Positions 1 to 9,923 of a DNA stretch of 50,382 nucleotides are shown here, one piece after another. Origin of the DNA: a virus. Its lineage: Duplodnaviria; Caudoviricetes. The translations under genes were made by a program, and so were the position numbers. The number at the start of each line of letters is the position of its first letter. The first letter of the stretch is position 1. The notes beneath the pieces were generated by a model, which saw only the letters and a program-made list of their open reading frames with translations, was not told the origin of the DNA and made no database searches. The DNA lies in IMG/VR virus record IMGVR_UViG_3300024996_000015, positions 1 through 50,382 of that record; one strand, given 5' to 3'.

Positions 1-156
1 GTCATCTAGAGGCCGGGGAACAGGCCCATCATACTATAAGGATGCAACTTATATGCTTAAATATATATGGAGAAGCATTAAGTCTATCTGGTGGATAAGG
101 CATTCGTGCCGAATTTGGTATATCTTTACTATACTCATTATCCTAGATCAAACAAC

Positions 157-231
157 ACGCGCATGGTGAAAGGGATATCATAGGGTTCTTCTAAAGCCTT
201 GTTTCAGGTTCAAATCCTGATGCGCGTACCA
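157..231 (+). tRNA. tRNA-Arg(UCU)
   Basis: Cloverleaf: acceptor ACGCGCA/TGCGCGT, D-arm GTGA/TCAT, anticodon arm GGGTT-CTTCTAA-AGCCT, T-arm TCAGG-TTCAAAT-CCTGA, encoded CCA. Confidence 0.85.
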
Positions 232-283
232 AACAACAGTCGGGTTGCTTACGCTCCCAAAATACCCCAAAAAAGGAAAACAA

Positions 284-505
284 ATGATATGCCCTAAATG
301 CACTTCAAACTTAGAAGGTGGCCTTGTCTTTGACACTTTCATGGAGCAGTATAATGATGAAGCAAAAGCTCTTGAGGTAGCATCAATGTATGGTGCCACT
401 AAAACTACAGGGCATTGGGGGAGGGAAATCGGTATTTACGATATGGAAAAAGATCGAACAGTTAGCTGGCGTTGCCCTGATTGTGGACATGAATGGGATA
501 GATAA
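284..505 (+). CDS. small zinc-ribbon protein
   Basis: CPKC...CPDC pairs; AAGGA SD upstream of ATG 284. Confidence 0.7.
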   Translation: MICPKCTSNLEGGLVFDTFMEQYNDEAKALEVASMYGATKTTGHWGREIGIYDMEKDRTVSWRCPDCGHEWDR

Positions 506-822
506 TGAAAATCCGTCCAATCCTAACCGCTCGTTGCTACGACAGAAAAGAAAGACTTCTTTCTTCTGCTACAAATTCCTACCATAAGACGCATCCTCTT
601 CAATCATACTTTGCAAGTAAAGTAGGACAACCAGCAAAAGTATATCTTCATGCAGAGATCGCAGCAATCATTAAGGCAGGAGATAAACAAATATATAAGA
701 TTGTGATTACAAGACATAATCCAAAAACACACAAAGCACTAAATGCTAAACCTTGTCCTATCTGCCAAGAGGCAATCAAAGCTTTTGGTATAGAGGTAGT
801 CTCATTCACAACAGGAGAATAG
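505..822 (+). CDS. cytidine/dCMP deaminase-fold protein
   Basis: LHAEIAAI ... KPCPICQ zinc-deaminase motifs (HxE, PCxxC). Confidence 0.8.
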   Translation: MKIRPILTARCYDRKERLLSSATNSYHKTHPLQSYFASKVGQPAKVYLHAEIAAIIKAGDKQIYKIVITRHNPKTHKALNAKPCPICQEAIKAFGIEVVSFTTGE

Positions 823-885
823 AAATGGCTAAAATTATTTGTAACTGTAATAGTGGAACTAAAACCACTAAAGAGGTAAAATGAA

Positions 886-1077
886 ATGCTCTCAACGTGG
901 CTATTTATTATCTTCTTTAGTCAATGGCAAGCACAAGTAATTGAAATGTCGTCTGAACTATCTTGCCAACAATTAAAGGAATTTACAGACAAAGAGATTG
1001 ATAAGAATCCAAATCTAAAAGGTAAGATTGCAACTATGTGTTTTAAAAATATGGGTAAAAGGACAAAGGAATCATGA
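886..1077 (+). CDS. hypothetical small exported/membrane protein
   Basis: GAGG SD, hydrophobic N-terminus, two Cys. Confidence 0.55.
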   Translation: MLSTWLFIIFFSQWQAQVIEMSSELSCQQLKEFTDKEIDKNPNLKGKIATMCFKNMGKRTKES

Positions 1078-1262
1078 TGGATCTCGTAATCAAGAAATTG
1101 AATCATAACACCATTGACGCGTTCATCGGGACTGGGTGGGAGAACTGGTCTCGCTGGAAGATTAAATTCGGAAAAGAAAAGAATGAACTATTCCAAGTCA
1201 AAGGAATCAGATTCCCACAATCAAAGATCTCTGAATTGGTTTCTAAATACAACACTAAATAA
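1074..1262 (+). CDS. hypothetical protein
   Basis: ATGA overlap with upstream ORF, AAGGA SD. Confidence 0.6.
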   Translation: MMDLVIKKLNHNTIDAFIGTGWENWSRWKIKFGKEKNELFQVKGIRFPQSKISELVSKYNTK

Positions 1263-1331
1263 TAGCATGCGTATTCTATACGTATTCTTTATTTCATTTC
1301 TTCTTATTCTACTTAGTAAGGTATAACAGAT

Positions 1332-2060
1332 ATGCCAAATCCAAATAAAATTCCAGTCGATATTAATCCTGATGATATGCGGCGGATAGATCCTGTACTT
1401 CCACGCCCTGTTCCCGACGATGTTGGAAACTTCATGCTAATAGATGAAGTGGCAGAACAATTTGTACAAGAAAAAGCTGCTCTACCTAAATACGAAATCT
1501 TCTGGGGTGGGGCAGACGTAGATCCATCCTTCTACAACAGAGACCGTAGTCAAATGTGTGGTCGATCTGACATTGATAAAGACACACGAGATCGTACTCT
1601 AATGAAAGAACGGATTAAGCAGGGCATTCCAATCATTGGTATCTGTCGTGGAGCACAGCTCCTTAATGTAGTCAATGGGGGTATTCTAGTCCAGCATATT
1701 GATGGACATGCTATTGGCAGAGAACATCTGTGTACTGAAGTAAAAACAGGTAAAATAATGTCTGTATCCAGTACTCACCATCAAATGATGATTGCTCATC
1801 AAGACGGACAGATTCTCTTTAAAGATTACGGCGGAGCAGATGGAGTACATTGGGATAATGTAAATGAAAAGTTCTTTTACAATTACGTAATAGAAGTAGT
1901 CTACTATCCTAAGACCAAATCACTCTGTATTCAACCACACCCTGAATGGATGAAACAATTCTCTCCTTTTGTAAACTGGATTAACGAGTTCATTAAACAA
2001 GAATGGGATCTTGATCCTATCAATTTCGCAGCAGAAGAAGCTGCCTTTCTTCGGAGATAA
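1332..2060 (+). CDS. class I glutamine amidotransferase / peptidase C26-like
   Basis: GGADVDP, GICRGAQ (catalytic Cys), STHHQ, QPHPE (His-x-Glu). Confidence 0.85.
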   Translation: MPNPNKIPVDINPDDMRRIDPVLPRPVPDDVGNFMLIDEVAEQFVQEKAALPKYEIFWGGADVDPSFYNRDRSQMCGRSDIDKDTRDRTLMKERIKQGIPIIGICRGAQLLNVVNGGILVQHIDGHAIGREHLCTEVKTGKIMSVSSTHHQMMIAHQDGQILFKDYGGADGVHWDNVNEKFFYNYVIEVVYYPKTKSLCIQPHPEWMKQFSPFVNWINEFIKQEWDLDPINFAAEEAAFLRR

Positions 2061-2062
2061 CC

Positions 2063-2839
2063 ATGGCTTACACTTTGGGAAGCGATCCAGAGTTCTTCAT
2101 CACTGACAAACAAGGCCGTCTTAAATCTATCATTGGTCTTCTTGGAGGTACAAAGGAGCAACCACGATGGATTGACGACTTCGGTGAGTTTAAAGTGCAA
2201 GAAGATAACGTAGCAGCAGAGTACAATATCCCTGCATCCTACACTCGTGAACAGTTCATCGAGCATATCCTCTGGCCACAGAAAGTAATTGCTAATCTTA
2301 TTGGCACAGACAAGTACACACTATCCAACCTAGCTAGCGCATCCTTTCCACAGGAAGAACTGCTTGATCCAAAAGCGCAAGAATTCGGATGCGATCCTGA
2401 CTACAATGCATGGACAGGACAGATCAACAACAAACCAGAGTGCGCTGACCTAACCTTCCGCACAGCAGGCGGCCATGTACACATTGGACTAGAAGATAAA
2501 GACCCTTGGAATATTCTACGCACCATTCGTAACATGGATAAATTTGTAGGTGTATGGTCTGTACTAGTGGATGAAGATAACAAACGGCGTAAACTATATG
2601 GAAAGGCAGGTGCCTTTCGGCCACAGCCTCATGGCTGTGAGTATCGCACTCTATCTAACTTCTGGATCTTTGATCGTGATCTGATTGGTGAGGTGTGGGA
2701 CAGGACACAAGCGGCGGTCGGTCATAACAATGACCTCATCGACGACAACAGCGGCGAAGCCACCATGATCCAACACATCATCAACACAGGCGACAAAGTA
2801 ACAGCACGATCCTACCTAAAAACACAAGGACTTCTATAA
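2063..2839 (+). CDS. phiEco32-like COOH.NH2 ligase (type 2)
   Basis: LGSDPEFF, QEDNVAAEYN, FGCDPDYNAW, RTAGGHVHIG, RRKLYGKAGAFR, EYRTLSNFW. Confidence 0.85.
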   Translation: MAYTLGSDPEFFITDKQGRLKSIIGLLGGTKEQPRWIDDFGEFKVQEDNVAAEYNIPASYTREQFIEHILWPQKVIANLIGTDKYTLSNLASASFPQEELLDPKAQEFGCDPDYNAWTGQINNKPECADLTFRTAGGHVHIGLEDKDPWNILRTIRNMDKFVGVWSVLVDEDNKRRKLYGKAGAFRPQPHGCEYRTLSNFWIFDRDLIGEVWDRTQAAVGHNNDLIDDNSGEATMIQHIINTGDKVTARSYLKTQGLL

Positions 2840-3447
2840 TGTTGCAACAAATAGCTGATCTTGTAGAATTTGATTTGAATAGATTCTCTGAAGGACAAGT
2901 ACTTGAAGACTTTAACCATAAGTTCCCTAATTCAATTCTTAAAATTGACGGGACTTATCTCAAAGTATCTCATCTAGAAAAACAAGCCAAAGGGCTTATT
3001 CTCTATGCTTTTGATAAAGAAGGTAATGAGATTCCTATTAAAGCTCTGACAACTATTGAGAAAGTTCTACCAAAGACAGGGCTGTATGCTTCAGACTATG
3101 GCTTACTCTATCTTAATCGAAAACCTAAACGCCAATGGATTAAAAGCCTAAGCATTGGGAATAATTATGAAACGCATATTTTAGTAAATGCAAAGAAAGA
3201 AAATAGTCCTAATATACGGAACACAGTATTAGTAAACAATGCAAAGTATGCCAAAGAAACTATTATCTACAAAGATATTGTTTATCTACATTGGTTAAAC
3301 GTTGGTAAAGTATTTGGTGATATTATCCACGTAACTAATAAGAAATTCATTGAGGAAATCAAAGAGCTATGGAACCCACAGTATCAGATTATTTTGGATG
3401 TAAACCACCCGCTGCCAAAGGTAGAAAAACTAATCTTGGATTGGTAG
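2839..3447 (+). CDS. hypothetical protein within the ligase cluster
   Basis: 202 aa ORF coupled by TAATG; no motif recognised. Confidence 0.65.
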   Translation: MLQQIADLVEFDLNRFSEGQVLEDFNHKFPNSILKIDGTYLKVSHLEKQAKGLILYAFDKEGNEIPIKALTTIEKVLPKTGLYASDYGLLYLNRKPKRQWIKSLSIGNNYETHILVNAKKENSPNIRNTVLVNNAKYAKETIIYKDIVYLHWLNVGKVFGDIIHVTNKKFIEEIKELWNPQYQIILDVNHPLPKVEKLILDW

Positions 3448-4163
3448 TTGGCATTGAAGTAGAACTAGAAAAAGTACTCCTTATAAGGCATCCTAATGGA
3501 TGGAAACAAGAAGCAGATGGTTCCCTAAAAGATAATGGTATTGAATATACTTTACCAGTATGGAATAATCATGCTGAAGAGTGGCTTAATGAACTATTTA
3601 GTTGTTTTGATAGAGCAGAAGGCAGTCCACGATGTAGTGTACATATCCATGCTAACATTACTGACTTTACCCTTGAACAAGTAAAAGCATTAATTCTTCT
3701 TTATACTATCTTTGAACGGCCTCTCTATCGCTTTAGTGGAAAGCGTTGGAACAATATTTATTGTGTTCCAGTACAAACATGGGCTGTAGGAATTGACTTA
3801 GATATCTATTCTTTTAATGACATCAGGCAAATATTCCCTAAATACAGCGGTATTAATATATTCCCTGATCTAAATAAACGAGAAGGCGTTCTAGGTACGA
3901 TTGAGTTTCGTCAAATGACAGGCACCAAGAATGTAATGTACATCAAGACTTGGATTGACATCATTGCTAGTCTAGTTAAATATGCACAAACACAAGATTA
4001 CACAGGATTAAAAGAACGAATCTCAAACATGAGAATGACATCACAGTACTGGGAGTTATTCAAAGAAGTCTTTAAAGACAAAGCACCCGCTCTTAACTAT
4101 AGTGACTTTGATAAGGATGTTGAACAAGGTATCACCTTCGCTAAACTAATTACTGGGAATTAA
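3369..4163 (+). CDS. putative amidoligase (COOH.NH2 ligase superfamily)
   Basis: GIEVELE, DGSL, GIEY, SVHIH, TIEFRQ. Confidence 0.8.
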   Translation: MEPTVSDYFGCKPPAAKGRKTNLGLVVGIEVELEKVLLIRHPNGWKQEADGSLKDNGIEYTLPVWNNHAEEWLNELFSCFDRAEGSPRCSVHIHANITDFTLEQVKALILLYTIFERPLYRFSGKRWNNIYCVPVQTWAVGIDLDIYSFNDIRQIFPKYSGINIFPDLNKREGVLGTIEFRQMTGTKNVMYIKTWIDIIASLVKYAQTQDYTGLKERISNMRMTSQYWELFKEVFKDKAPALNYSDFDKDVEQGITFAKLITGN

Positions 4164-4164
4164 T

Positions 4165-4323
4165 ATGACAGACGAAAATAAACTAATAGCCCTTGAGAAA
4201 ATTAAAGAGACAGTACTTTCTTGGCAAACCTTAATCTATAAACAAAATATTGAATTATCACGATGCTGGCCTGAATCAGCATTGGAAGCTTTACGTATTC
4301 TTTTTCCAAAGGGAATTAACTAA
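4165..4323 (+). CDS. hypothetical 52 aa protein (not in ORF track)
   Basis: ATG..TAA exactly fills the gap between amidoligase and amidotransferase. Confidence 0.5.
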   Translation: MTDENKLIALEKIKETVLSWQTLIYKQNIELSRCWPESALEALRILFPKGIN

Positions 4324-4324
4324 T

Positions 4325-5641
4325 ATGTGTGGACTTATCAGCATTATTCGTAAAAACAGTAAGCAATCTCTATATAAAAACCACACAGATGTGTTTAAAC
4401 AAATGCTTTACGCTGACGCTCTTCGTGGTTGGGATAGCACAGGTATTGCATCAATCCGTATGAACGGACAAGTACATATTACCAAAGATGCATGTCCTCC
4501 TGCTTCTCTATTCCATAGACATCCAGATCATGGATGGATTCATGGGAATCAAGCATTGATTGGACATAATCGCTTTGCAACTAAAGGCAAAACAAATAAA
4601 GAGAATGCTCATCCATTCCAAGAAGAACACATTACCCTAGTACACAATGGCACATTACACTTTCATCATCATCTAAAGAATGTAGAAGTAGATAGCCATG
4701 CTATTACTCACAGCATTGCAGAACGGGGTGCTAAAGAAACATTAGAAATGTTAAACGGAGCCTTTGCTCTTATCTGGTATGATTCACAAACTAATCTAAT
4801 TCACGCTGCACGTAATAACGAACGGCCTCTACATCTACTAGAGACAGAAGATCTATTTATTCTTTCTAGTGAGCGTATGCTCGCGGAATGGATCTGTGCT
4901 CGTAATGATCAGAAGATTAAGAAATCACAACTACTTACTAGCGGTCTTATCTATACATTTAAAACTAATCGTAAAGATGTGAGATATGCAGATACAGAAC
5001 GATTCCAGATATTCACATACAAAGCACCACAAGCTACGCCTCCTCTACAACTTCCAAAGAAAGAAACTGTAGATGTAAAAACAGGAGAAGTACTTCCTTT
5101 CCCGAATCACAAGGTAATACCTAAGATCCAGCCTTATGCAGACAAAGAAGACTTTGAAGGACTAGAAGTAGGACAATGTATTGATGTTCTTGTATTCAAG
5201 CAACAAGATCTAAACTATTCTTGCTTTGGTCTAGGCAAACATCGTTGGTTTGCGGATAGCATTGACTATCCAAATCTAATGATAGAAATATACACAGACA
5301 GCAATGAAAACTTTGAAGGGTGCTCTGTTAATATCAAGATTAATCGGTTATACTATAGCCCCGGAATGAAAAAGAACTTCCTTATCGGAGAGAACCCAAT
5401 CATTCCTCAAAAAAAAACCGCAGACGAGAACGGCCCTATGCGAACCAGCAATGGAATCGAACTTACTGACCAAGTTATTGAACTATGTAAAGACAAGTGT
5501 TGCGAAGGTTGTACAATTGAATTTAGTGTAGAAGCAGGCATGACACTACAACCTACCGTTGTCAATGGGCATACATATAACTATCGTTACACTTGTCCAG
5601 ATTGCACAGACTACTACAACATCATGGGGAAAACTAAATGA
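4325..5641 (+). CDS. class II (Ntn) glutamine amidotransferase with C-terminal Zn-ribbon
   Basis: True start MCGL (N-terminal Cys); RGWDSTG, GHNRFAT, NAHPF, HNGT, VDS; C-terminal CxxC pairs. Confidence 0.88.
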   Translation: MCGLISIIRKNSKQSLYKNHTDVFKQMLYADALRGWDSTGIASIRMNGQVHITKDACPPASLFHRHPDHGWIHGNQALIGHNRFATKGKTNKENAHPFQEEHITLVHNGTLHFHHHLKNVEVDSHAITHSIAERGAKETLEMLNGAFALIWYDSQTNLIHAARNNERPLHLLETEDLFILSSERMLAEWICARNDQKIKKSQLLTSGLIYTFKTNRKDVRYADTERFQIFTYKAPQATPPLQLPKKETVDVKTGEVLPFPNHKVIPKIQPYADKEDFEGLEVGQCIDVLVFKQQDLNYSCFGLGKHRWFADSIDYPNLMIEIYTDSNENFEGCSVNIKINRLYYSPGMKKNFLIGENPIIPQKKTADENGPMRTSNGIELTDQVIELCKDKCCEGCTIEFSVEAGMTLQPTVVNGHTYNYRYTCPDCTDYYNIMGKTK

Positions 5642-6459
5642 GAAAGAAACGCCAATCTAGACTGATTATCTGGGCTGCTAAAGGCATGTTTAAATCAGCC
5701 AGAAAGCTAGCCACGGCCTTGAAACCAGAAACAGAACGTAAGGTACTAATCGTTAGATCAAACAGCCTCAGATTCAAGCCACGAACTACAGATGTAATTG
5801 TTAACTGGGGTAATAGCAATCTCGCAGATTGGGATGAATTTTTATATAGTGTTCCACTTAATGATTGTCAGTATGTACAAACTGCTGTAAACAAACTTAA
5901 AACATTCCAAGCACTGTTTGGTAAATGCAGCATCCCACAGTGGACTACTGATCCAGCAGTATGCTACGAATGGCTTACTGAAAAGTACGAAGTACAAGCT
6001 CTTGCTCGTAAAACATTAACTGGGTTCGGTGGAGATGGTATCGAAGAAATTATGGGAGGTACAGAGTATGGCCCAGAAGGCAATGCTTTCCCACGAGCCC
6101 CTCTCTACGTACAATACAAGAAAAAGAAAAAAGAATTCCGTGTACATGTATTCAAAGGAGAAGTAATTGACGTTACCCAAAAGAAAAAGAGAAAAGACTT
6201 CGACGTAGAAGTCAACACCAAGATCCGTAACTACGCAAACGGATGGGTCTACTGCCGAGAAGACATTGTGGAACCTAACGATCTCAGAGAGCAAGCTATT
6301 CGAGCTGTTCAATCCCTTGGTCTGGACTTCGGTGCGGTAGATTGTATTTGGAACGAGAAAGAGAACAAGACCTATATCTTGGAGGCGAATACCGCGCCGG
6401 GTCTTGAAGGGTCTACCATCGAAGCATATAAGAATGCAATCTTGAAAGAAATAAAATAA
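5638..6459 (+). CDS. ATP-grasp peptide ligase (RimK-like)
   Basis: NKLKTF, EFRVHV, LGLDFGAVD, LEANTAPGL. Confidence 0.85.
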   Translation: MRKKRQSRLIIWAAKGMFKSARKLATALKPETERKVLIVRSNSLRFKPRTTDVIVNWGNSNLADWDEFLYSVPLNDCQYVQTAVNKLKTFQALFGKCSIPQWTTDPAVCYEWLTEKYEVQALARKTLTGFGGDGIEEIMGGTEYGPEGNAFPRAPLYVQYKKKKKEFRVHVFKGEVIDVTQKKKRKDFDVEVNTKIRNYANGWVYCREDIVEPNDLREQAIRAVQSLGLDFGAVDCIWNEKENKTYILEANTAPGLEGSTIEAYKNAILKEIK

Positions 6460-6472
6460 ACATAAATATTGT

Positions 6473-6500
6473 TTGACAATAACAAATAGTATGCTATAAT
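6473..6500 (+). promoter_or_regulatory. sigma70-type promoter in front of HNH cassette
   Basis: TTGACA-16 nt-TATAAT with extended -10 TG. Confidence 0.75.
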
Positions 6501-6521
6501 GATTCTTTAACAGGAGTCATT

Positions 6522-7103
6522 ATGGAAACAAAACACTGTAACAAATGTAACACAATATTACCTATATCACACTTCTTTAAACGAAGTGATAGAAAGGACT
6601 TACGTTCTATTTGTAAGAAATGCCACGGCCAAGTCCCAGATAAAGTCTGCCCAATATGCAATACTATCCATACCGGATATAGTAATGGAAGAAAAAGCAA
6701 TGTCTGTAGTACTTGTTATCCCAAATATAGACAAGCATACAATCTTCTACATGCAGCAGAATATAGAGCAAAGAAAAAGAATCTAGAGTTTAGCCTAACA
6801 ATTGGATGGGTACTAGAAAGATTTACTTTCTGTCCAAAGACAGGCATACCTTTTACATATCTAGATAACGGAAACAACTATAGCAATAGAAAAGTATCTA
6901 CTCCTTCTATAGATAAGATAGATCCATCTAAAGGATATACACAAGATAATTGTCAAATCGTTTGTTGGTGGTACAATGTAAGCAAGCAACAATTTACTGA
7001 ACAGGAAGTATACAGTCTATGCAAAGCCGTAGTCACTTCTTACGACACGAACAATGTCCTGCCTGTGCAGCAAATGGCAGAGACAGAAAGAAAAATAACT
7101 TAG
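6522..7103 (+). mobile_element. free-standing HNH-type homing endonuclease (SxDxID..KGY family)
   Basis: N-terminal CxxC fingers; PSIDKIDPSKGYTQDNCQIVCWWYN; own promoter; overlaps primase start by 85 nt. Confidence 0.8.
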
Positions 7104-7744
7104 GAGTATACTCAGATGGAGGAACTTACTGTTATAGTTGTGGTTTTAGTAGTGCTGGAAGTACTACTAATAAGCTACGCAATATGGCACATCGAGCAAC
7201 AAAGGAAATACCTGCTCTCCCTGAAGACATCACTAACAAACTTGGACGAGAAGCCTACGAATGGCTGCTGCAATACTTCGAGCCAAAAGACTTCCCCAAG
7301 TGTCTGTATAGTTCATCAGAACGGAAACTCTATTTCATGCTCGAAGGCGGAGCCTTCCAATACCGATACTTCGGGGACAACAAGGACCACCCTAAATGGG
7401 TAGGATATGGAATTAATGATTCGCTTATTCATATTGTTGGTAATGTATCTTCTACTAGCATTGTACTTGTAGAGGACTTAATCAGTGCGGTGAAGGTCGG
7501 TCATCATACACCAACCCTCTGCCTATTCGGAAGTAATATCAGTCTCAAAAGACTAGCTACACTTAAACTACTAGGCTATAATGAAGTAATTATCTGGCTA
7601 GATTGGGATAAAAAGGAATATGCAATAAAGGCAGCACAACTCGCACAAAGCATTGGCCTTACGGCCCGTGTTATCCATACTAAACTAGATCCAAAAGAGT
7701 ATACATATCTTGAAATAGAAAGGATTTTATATGCACATCCTTGA
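7019..7744 (+). CDS. DNA primase (Zn-finger + TOPRIM)
   Basis: HEQCPAC...YSDGGTYCYSCG; LVEDLISA; WLDWD. Confidence 0.88.
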   Translation: MQSRSHFLRHEQCPACAANGRDRKKNNLGVYSDGGTYCYSCGFSSAGSTTNKLRNMAHRATKEIPALPEDITNKLGREAYEWLLQYFEPKDFPKCLYSSSERKLYFMLEGGAFQYRYFGDNKDHPKWVGYGINDSLIHIVGNVSSTSIVLVEDLISAVKVGHHTPTLCLFGSNISLKRLATLKLLGYNEVIIWLDWDKKEYAIKAAQLAQSIGLTARVIHTKLDPKEYTYLEIERILYAHP

Positions 7745-7958
7745 AGAATGGAGATTACGTGATATTGAACAAAAAGCTGAGAGAGCTACAAGTAGACTTT
7801 GGGAATTGGACACGCTTAAAAACGATGTGGCTAATCTGGAACATACCTTGCGGGAAACTCGCTCCGTACTTGATGAACTACGCAATGAAATCCAAAGGCA
7901 AGAAATTAAATTAAATGAATTCTATCTGCGAGTGTCTTTCAAAAATGAAGCTATATGA
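7731..7958 (+). CDS. hypothetical coiled-coil protein
   Basis: AAGGA SD, heptad-like sequence. Confidence 0.55.
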   Translation: MHILEEWRLRDIEQKAERATSRLWELDTLKNDVANLEHTLRETRSVLDELRNEIQRQEIKLNEFYLRVSFKNEAI

Positions 7959-8148
7959 ACTACATCGAGGTGAATGCTTTACACTAGCTGAAGAACCACA
8001 GGTTCCTCCTGCCCATATTCCAGTAGGAAGGAATATGAACATCATGTATATGCTTAGCAATATTGATGGAATGTATAGTTATTGTACAGATAACGAAAAG
8101 AATGTGTATCACTTTGCAGCATGGACTGAGGTAAATCCCGTGGAATGA
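7945..8148 (+). CDS. hypothetical protein
   Basis: MKLYEL...IDGMYSYC...HFAAWTEV; ATGA overlap with helicase. Confidence 0.6.
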   Translation: MKLYELHRGECFTLAEEPQVPPAHIPVGRNMNIMYMLSNIDGMYSYCTDNEKNVYHFAAWTEVNPVE

Positions 8149-9359
8149 ACTATCTTTATCTTATTCGACAACTATTTATCTATAACAAGTATTTAAAATA
8201 CCGACACCACATTAAGATTGAGAAAGACCAGAAAGAGATCTATTATCTCTTCAAAGCTTTGGATCAACTCATGGAGAAGTTCCAAAAGGATATCTCCTTT
8301 GAAGACTATGCTCTATGGGTACAGGTTAATCTTGGTAATGACTACGCACAGTATATCCAACTGTTAAAGGAAACCAATACTGATGAAACGATTCTGGAAG
8401 CCTCGCTCAATGAGATCAAAACCAGATCTGTACTCTACGAACTCGCAAGTGCTGCGCTTGCCGGATCTGAGGGTAAGAAAACGGTGGAAGATATACTACA
8501 ACTTGTGGAGCAACTTACACAAGAAAAAGAACAGGCCAATAACGATCCGTTCGTTTCTACTTCTCTGAGTGAATTATATGACGACGCATACAAACATCAG
8601 GGTCTCCGCTGGAGACTTAGCAGTCTTAATCAGAGCCTTGGGAGCCTACGAGGAGGTGATTTTGGGTTTATCTTCGCAAGACCCGAAACCGGCAAAACTA
8701 CTTTCTTGGCGGACCAAAGCACGTATTTTACGGAACAACTTGATGATACAGATGGTCCGGGACTTTGGTTCAACAACGAAGAACAACACAAGAAAGTAAT
8801 GCTTCGCTGTATCCAAGCAGCACTTGGTGTTACCATGCAAGAGATTGCAAAAGATATCCGTGGTTACGAAGAACAATATAAACGTATAACTAAAGATAAA
8901 CTTAAACTTCCTAACTTTGATACCACTCACAAACGAGAAATGGAAGCATTATGTAAGGATGTAAAACCATCCTTCATTATCATTGACCAAGTATCCAAGG
9001 TACGCGGATTCAACAACGACAGAGAAGATCTACGACTAGGTGCAGCATTTGAATGGGCACGGGATCTAGCAAAAGAATTTGATTGCCCTGTAATTGGTGT
9101 CAATCAAGCAGATGGTAGTGGTGAAGGTAAGAAGTATCTTGATATGAGTAACGTAGCAAACAGTAAGACAGCAGTTCAAGCAGAAGCAGACTTTATTCTA
9201 GGTATTGGGAAATCAAATGACCAAGGATTTGAATTGATTAGACACTTTAATATCAGTAAAAATAAACTCGCCGGAGACGAATCATCTGACCCTAGTAAAC
9301 GACACGCCAAATGGGATGCTCTTATCCAACCAGATATTGCTAGATTTCGTGATTTGTAG
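8145..9359 (+). CDS. DnaB-like replicative helicase
   Basis: Walker A ARPETGKTTF, IIIDQ, VIGVNQA, AEADFILGIG, ISKNK. Confidence 0.92.
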   Translation: MNYLYLIRQLFIYNKYLKYRHHIKIEKDQKEIYYLFKALDQLMEKFQKDISFEDYALWVQVNLGNDYAQYIQLLKETNTDETILEASLNEIKTRSVLYELASAALAGSEGKKTVEDILQLVEQLTQEKEQANNDPFVSTSLSELYDDAYKHQGLRWRLSSLNQSLGSLRGGDFGFIFARPETGKTTFLADQSTYFTEQLDDTDGPGLWFNNEEQHKKVMLRCIQAALGVTMQEIAKDIRGYEEQYKRITKDKLKLPNFDTTHKREMEALCKDVKPSFIIIDQVSKVRGFNNDREDLRLGAAFEWARDLAKEFDCPVIGVNQADGSGEGKKYLDMSNVANSKTAVQAEADFILGIGKSNDQGFELIRHFNISKNKLAGDESSDPSKRHAKWDALIQPDIARFRDL

Positions 9360-9388
9360 TTGACATTTCAGGTTGAATACTATATAAT
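9360..9388 (+). promoter_or_regulatory. sigma70-type promoter in front of HNH cassette
   Basis: TTGACA-17 nt-TATAAT starting directly after helicase TAG; AAGGAGG SD follows. Confidence 0.8.
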
Positions 9389-9410
9389 GATTTCTTTTAA
9401 GGAGGTCATT

Positions 9411-9923
9411 ATGACAAAAAAGGAACGACAGGCAATCGCGGCAAAGAAATGGTATGAGAAAAACAAAGAAAAGATTTCTGCCCAAAGAAAAGGGAATAGA
9501 TCTGAAGAATATAAATCATATTATGAACGAAACAAAGAGTATTTTAATTTAAAGGCAAAAGAATGGCAAAAGAATAATCCAGAAAAGTGGAAAGAAATCC
9601 AAAGAAAATGTAAACAAGGAAATCCACAAAGATCTTTGTATAATAAAGCCAAAGGAAGATGTAAACAATCTGGATTAGAATTTACTATTACTAAAGAAGA
9701 TATAATTATACCAGAGTATTGTCCATTACTAAAAGTAAAACTAGATTCTTGGGGACACAAAGATTACTGTCCTTCTTTAGATCGTATTGATAATACAAAA
9801 GGATATACTAAAGAAAACATTTGGGTAATTTCCTTCTTAGCTAATCGAATGAAAAACAGTGCAACAAAGGAAGAACTTCTGCAATTCGCAGAATCTATTT
9901 TAACTTTACATAGGGATCTGTAA
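9411..9923 (+). mobile_element. free-standing HNH-type homing endonuclease fused to old helicase C-terminus
   Basis: IPEYCPLL, PSLDRIDNTKGYTKENIWVISFLANRMK; ends RDL* like the helicase. Confidence 0.85.

Noticed and set aside
157-231. tRNA read as an amber suppressor (TT-CTA-AA register)
   Set aside because: Shifting the loop by one base breaks the anticodon stem; the CT-TCT-AA (Arg) register pairs properly
4250-4324. TTG-started N-terminal extension of the amidotransferase in the ORF track
   Set aside because: Ntn amidotransferases need Cys at position 2 (MCG at 4325), and a separate small ORF occupies this space
6420-7030. Terminus duplication around the first HNH cassette (GAAGCATATAAGAATGCAA vs GAAGTATACAGTCTATGCAA)
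   Set aside because: The similarity is out of register, and the peptide fits the nuclease family's own C-terminal helix; not convincing
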